From positions 31,992,001 through 32,056,000 of the forward strand of contig OZ024759.1 in assembly GCA_964016885.1 (NCBI GenBank): DNA of 64,000 nucleotides, given 5' to 3'. This document shows positions 57,620 to 64,000 of the stretch, piece by piece. How positions within the stretch are numbered: position 1 is the first letter of the stretch; the number at the start of each line of letters is the position of its first letter. This DNA comes from Eledone cirrhosa. Taxonomy: Eukaryota. Position numbers and translations under genes: made by a program. The notes under the pieces are model-generated. The model worked only from the letters and a program-made list of their open reading frames with translations. It made no database searches and was not told the DNA's origin.

Positions 57620-58721
57620 ATATGTATAGGCATACATACATACATGTATGTATGTATACATCTGAATAAACAGAAATAAAAGTAATATATACACATACAT
57701 ATATGCAAACACACAAAATTGTTATAATTTCTCTGGTCTTTCTAGCAAACTTGGAATCACAACTCCACCATTATTAAGAAGAACAACAAACACTGTATCA
57801 TACCGTATCAAAACAACCAACAATAACATGACAACTGCTATATCACACCACACCACCGCCATCACTACCACCACCAACACATGACAAATGCTAGACCACA
57901 CTACACCACACCACACCACAGCCATCACCACCACCACCAACAACAACAACATGATAAATGCTACACCACACCACACCAACACCACCACCACATGACAAAT
58001 GCTACGCCACACTACACTACACCACACCACAGCACAGCACACCACACCACACCACTACCACCACCACCACAAACAACAACATGACAAATGCTACACCATA
58101 CCACAACCAATGAACTTATTACTACCACATAAACACCATCAGTACACAAAACGCACCAAACCACACTACTGCACTACACCACACCACAAACCCATACTGC
58201 ACCACACCAGGCCACAAACCACACTGCACCACACCGCACCACACCACACTACACCACACCACACTACACCACACCAAACCACGCCACTATAGCAACTACC
58301 ACCACAAACACCACTACCACTATCATCAACAACCGCCGCCAACAACAATACTACTACCACCATCAACAACAACACAACAACCATAACAAAAACCATTACC
58401 ACGACCACCACCCAACAACAACAACAACAACAACAATAACAACACCATCATCAATAACAACAGTAACAACAACTACGACACCATCATCAACAACAGTAAC
58501 AACAAGAAATCAACCAATGAAAATAACCCCAACAAAAACCAACTAAAATCAAAGATCAAAGAATTTCGTCTTCTTTAATAAATTTTTCTGCATGATTCCT
58601 GATTCCAATATATTTTGGACAACAAATACGACTTGTTGGTTTCTTGGTTTACTTCTTTCTTTACTTCCTTTCTTTCTTGGTTTCCTTTATATATTGCACT
58701 GTAACGAAAAAAATAAAGATG

Positions 58722-58773
<52 letters not shown>

Positions 58774-59118
58774 ATGTGTATGTATGTATATGTATGTATA
58801 TATATATATGTATATATATATTGTTATACTTGGGGAGGGTCATATACATATATATGTATACACATATATACATATATATGTATATATATACATACACATA
58901 CATATATATATATATATGTATATACACATATATATTTATATATACATATATATATATTTATATATACATATATATATTTATATATATATGTATATATCTA
59001 TATCTATATATACATATATATGTATACACATATATACATATATATGTATATATACATACATATACATATATATATATGTATATATATATACATTATATAT
59101 ATATATATATGTATATAT

Positions 59119-59215
<97 letters not shown>

Positions 59216-59280
59216 CATATATATGTATATATACATACATATATGTATATATATATATATATACACATACATATAACATA

Positions 59281-59491
59281 CGAGCGTCGGCTGAAAAGTC
59301 CATAGGCTGACTATAAAAGAGTGGTGTTAGAGTTGTGAAATATTGCATGTATTAATTTTAACTCTTCTTCTCATCTTATTAATAACTGCATTGTTTCTTT
59401 CCAAGGACTTTGCCATTGAAAAATAAACATCACTTGGTCTGACCATGAGAGTACATTGATCAGCCTATCAACTTTTTAGCCTACACTCCTG
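59281..59491. mobile_element. Mariner-like MITE
   Basis: TA-flanked imperfect TIRs cgagcgtcggctgaaaagtccataggctga / tcagcctatcaactttttagcctacactc. Confidence 0.65.
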
Positions 59492-59572
59492 TATATATAT
59501 AACCTTTTTTTCTTTACTATCACACACCACGTATTATTTTAGTTGTTCCGGTTGTTGTTGTTGTAGTGTTTA

Positions 59573-59650
<78 letters not shown>

Positions 59651-59790
59651 TTTGAGTCTCACTCATTGATGTTATTTAATCGGAAAGTTTCTTGAAATGA
59701 ATATCAAACCGCTACCTACAGCCTCAGATATTCAGGACGTATCGGAGGGTTGTTGCTGTTCCCAGCAAGCATGCCTTTTGAAGTGTTCCA

Positions 59791-59842
<52 letters not shown>

Positions 59843-59844
<2 letters not shown>

Positions 59845-60021
59845 TGGCAGTATCGGTAGAGGGTCGGACGCCATGCTTTGCAGCAAAGAGCTACGGCCCT
59901 TTACGGTCCGAGTTCAAATCCCGCCGAGGTTAACTTTGCCTTTCATCCTAACGAGGTCGATAAAATAAAGTACCAGTAATACACTGGAATAATTGCTGGC
60001 CTTGTGCCAAAAGTAGAAACA

Positions 60022-60022
<1 letters not shown>
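59843..60022 (+). mobile_element. Near full-length tRNA-derived SINE in an (ATT)n tract
   Basis: tggcagtatcgg (A-box-like), gagttcaaatcc (B-box), conserved core, ggccttgtgccaaaagtagaaac(aat/att)n tail. Confidence 0.85.
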
Positions 60023-60078
<56 letters not shown>

Positions 60079-60288
60079 TTGACAAGCCCCTCTGTGTGTC
60101 CACATCCGATTATGCTCAAATATGTTCATCATCCTAACGACAGAGTTAGAAAATAAAAAGATATATATAAAAGAATTATACTTTTTACCAGGAATAGACT
60201 GGAGTGATGGAGAAAAATGACTTCCAGGCTACAACATAGAATATATATATATGTATGTATTTATATATATATATGTATGTTATGTATG

Positions 60289-60323
<35 letters not shown>

Positions 60324-60547
60324 CCATATATATATATATGTATGTACACATACATATATGTATGTATGTATAAATGAATTATATATACGTATGTATATTT
60401 ATATATATATATATATTATATACTTTCGGTGTTCATATTTTTTTTAACTCGTTGCCTTGCTTCCCACCTTTTTATCAGATGTTGTGTTCGTTACCTTTAC
60501 AATGAAAGGGGAGTGTGTGTCTTTGTATATGTGTGAATATGTTTCTG

Positions 60548-60626
<79 letters not shown>

Positions 60627-60857
60627 GTGTGTGTATGTGTATCTCCGTATCTGTGTGTGTGTGTGTATGTGTGTATTTGTTCCTGTTTCGACCCTCTTTC
60701 ATTTAACCTCCGACCTCTCACGTGCACAAAATCCTCGAAATTAAAGGAAAAAAATATATATATAATGAAAAAAAATTGAAAAATAAAAAGAAAAGTGAAA
60801 ATTTTAAAAAGAAATACAAAATATTATTATATCTTTGTTTAAATATTTGCATGGATA

Positions 60858-60898
<41 letters not shown>

Positions 60899-60969
60899 AA
60901 TATCAAGGTTAATTTGATATGTAGTGTACTAATTATATCGCTTTGTGTGTGTATATATCAGAATTATGC

Positions 60970-61035
<66 letters not shown>

Positions 61036-61102
61036 CATACATTTATATATATATATATAAATGTATATTTTTATATATATATATGTATATATATAGATGT
61101 AT

Positions 61103-61148
<46 letters not shown>

Positions 61149-61276
61149 GTATATATATATATATTTATCCATACTCACAAATATATACAATATATGTACA
61201 TAGATGTATGTGTGTATCAATCTGTCTAGATATATATCTGTTAGTGTGTGATTGTGTGTATCTATGTATGTATGTA

Positions 61277-61318
<42 letters not shown>

Positions 61319-61855
61319 TGTGTGTGTGCGTGTATGTATCTAAGTGTGTATGTATGTACAAACTAGGGAAAGAAAGATTTAGATGTCTTTTTTTTTCATC
61401 TTTTTCTTCCCCAATTTATGTCACCAAAATTCTTTTTATTTTAAAATCTTAAATTTTTCTTTTCAAAATATAATTAAATATAATTAAATATAGCTTTATT
61501 ATTCTATGGATTTGTTTTCATTTGATCATATAAAACTCTAACAAAATCAAAAATGATCAATCGGCTTGGATATTTTTTTCTTTTGATGAATTAGAATTTG
61601 AAATGATACAATGCCGAATGTGCACAGCAGAGAAATATCAGATTATAAGTGAACACCCAGAAACTTGCAAAAAAATAAAACGACAGAAATCTACTGGACG
61701 TAAATAGGAATATCCGGAAGTTTACTCACCATTTTCCGCCACCAAACGCCTATAACAATTCCATTAATAATAGAAAAATCAACGTTAACCTGACACCTGG
61801 TAGACGTCAGTCCGACGAGAAACTTAAAGTCATGAGAACATAGCCAACTATCAAA

Positions 61856-61961
<106 letters not shown>

Positions 61962-61962
61962 T

Positions 61963-62263
<301 letters not shown>

Positions 62264-62264
62264 A

Positions 62265-62401
62265 AACAAATAGTAGAAAGGAAAACAGATTTTTTCAGTA
62301 GAAAATGTTGAAGAGATTCTTTCAATGAAATATCAAAACATTAATTTATTTACAATACCGGTTTCAGCATTATATGCATTGTCACTTGCGGATATTTCAG
62401 A

Positions 62402-62404
<3 letters not shown>
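62265..62404 (-). mobile_element. Degenerate hammerhead-bearing fragment
   Basis: - strand caa-GTGACAA-tgcat-ata-atgct-GAAA-ccg-GTA-ttg; core mutated. Confidence 0.4.
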
Positions 62405-62455
<51 letters not shown>

Positions 62456-62880
62456 CTGTGTCTCTGTGTGTATGTGTTTGTGATTTGTTGCAAAATGCAT
62501 GAGTATATGATATGTGTTCTGTAATGTGGAACAGTTCCTGGCTTTGGGTAAAAGAAAATACAGCAGGACCATTTAATTATGATTTTATTCAACATATTAC
62601 CTTCTCGAATTTACACATTTATTGCAGCTACCCTACTTCCCATGTAAAGGTAAGAACTCTACACTTTGGCGATACCTTTAAACCAGGAACTTTGCAGATG
62701 TATGTATCCTTGTGGGGGTTATGCATACAAAAGTGCTTATATACACCCACATATGTGTTTGTGTATCTGTATACATACATATATATGTGTATGTGTGTAT
62801 ATATATATTATATATATATATGTATATACATATATATATGTTTATATATATATATTTATATATATATAAATATATATGGA

Positions 62881-62957
<77 letters not shown>

Positions 62958-62960
62958 ATG

Positions 62961-63009
<49 letters not shown>

Positions 63010-63144
63010 ATGTGTATATATATAAAGATATATATATGGATTTGTATATATATATATATTTTAATATATTTTAATATATATATATATATTTTTTAATAAA
63101 TATATATATATATGGATGTGTGTATATATATATATATATATATG

Positions 63145-63201
<57 letters not shown>

Positions 63202-63587
63202 ATGTGTATATACATATATATATATACACACATACAAACACACACGTGTCTATATATATATACACCCACACACATATACACACACGTGTGTATACGTGTG
63301 TGTATATGTGTGTACGTGTCATCTGGAAATGTCAAACGTTGTCCTCTTAAGATAAATATAATTATCTATCGTAATTTCTGACGCTTTATATGTCAATTAC
63401 AGTAATTATCCTAATTAACACATAATGTTAATGAAAATATCAATGACGGAGAAAGACAGCGACAATGTACTAGTTGACAGTATATAGTCGTCTGTGTATA
63501 TATATGTATATATATATACATATGTATGTGTGTGTATATATATATATGTATGTATATATGTATGCATATGCATATATATATATGTAC

Positions 63588-63669
<82 letters not shown>

Positions 63670-64000
63670 GTATGCATATATATATATTTATATATATATA
63701 TATACATATATATATTTATATATATATATTTATATATATATATATATACATATATATATTATATATATTTATATATATATGTATGTATATATATATATTT
63801 ATATATATATACATATATACATATATATATTTATATATATATACATATATATTTATATATATATATATACATATATATATTTATATATATATATATATAC
63901 ATATATACATATATATATTTATATATATATACATATATATTTATATATATATATATACATATATATATTTATATATATATATATATACATATATACATAT

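Noticed and set aside
59843-59925. tRNA gene
   Set aside because: A/B boxes present but no cloverleaf; continues into a SINE core found about 10 times in the window

Overview
Eukaryotic (metazoan) genomic DNA, very AT-rich and dominated by (TA)n/(CA)n/(CT)n and triplet microsatellites. The repeat style and SINE content suggest a cephalopod such as Octopus (inference only). Nearly all ORFs in the supplied track are translations of simple repeats. Four real signals remain. (1) About 30 short retroelement-like inserts from at least 8 unrelated families sit in (TA)n tracts; many carry a type I hammerhead ribozyme fold (stem I-CUGANGA-stem II-GAAA-stem III-NUH-stem I') and are often inverted-duplicated into palindromes of up to about 490 bp, consistent with Penelope-like (PLE) pLTR remnants or retrozymes. 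(2) Two RTE-clade LINE 3' fragments have twin-priming-type inversions. (3) tRNA-derived SINEs, hAT and Tc1/mariner/pogo MITEs, and several 47-105 bp minisatellites are present. (4) A spliced two-exon + strand ORF (53090-53211 joined to 55531-55642, 77 aa from its ATG) has a MEK1-like ERK D-site, Ser-Pro sites and a C-terminal FxFP motif; CRE/E-box clusters lie 3-18 kb upstream. All coordinates and folds were read by eye and need computational confirmation.
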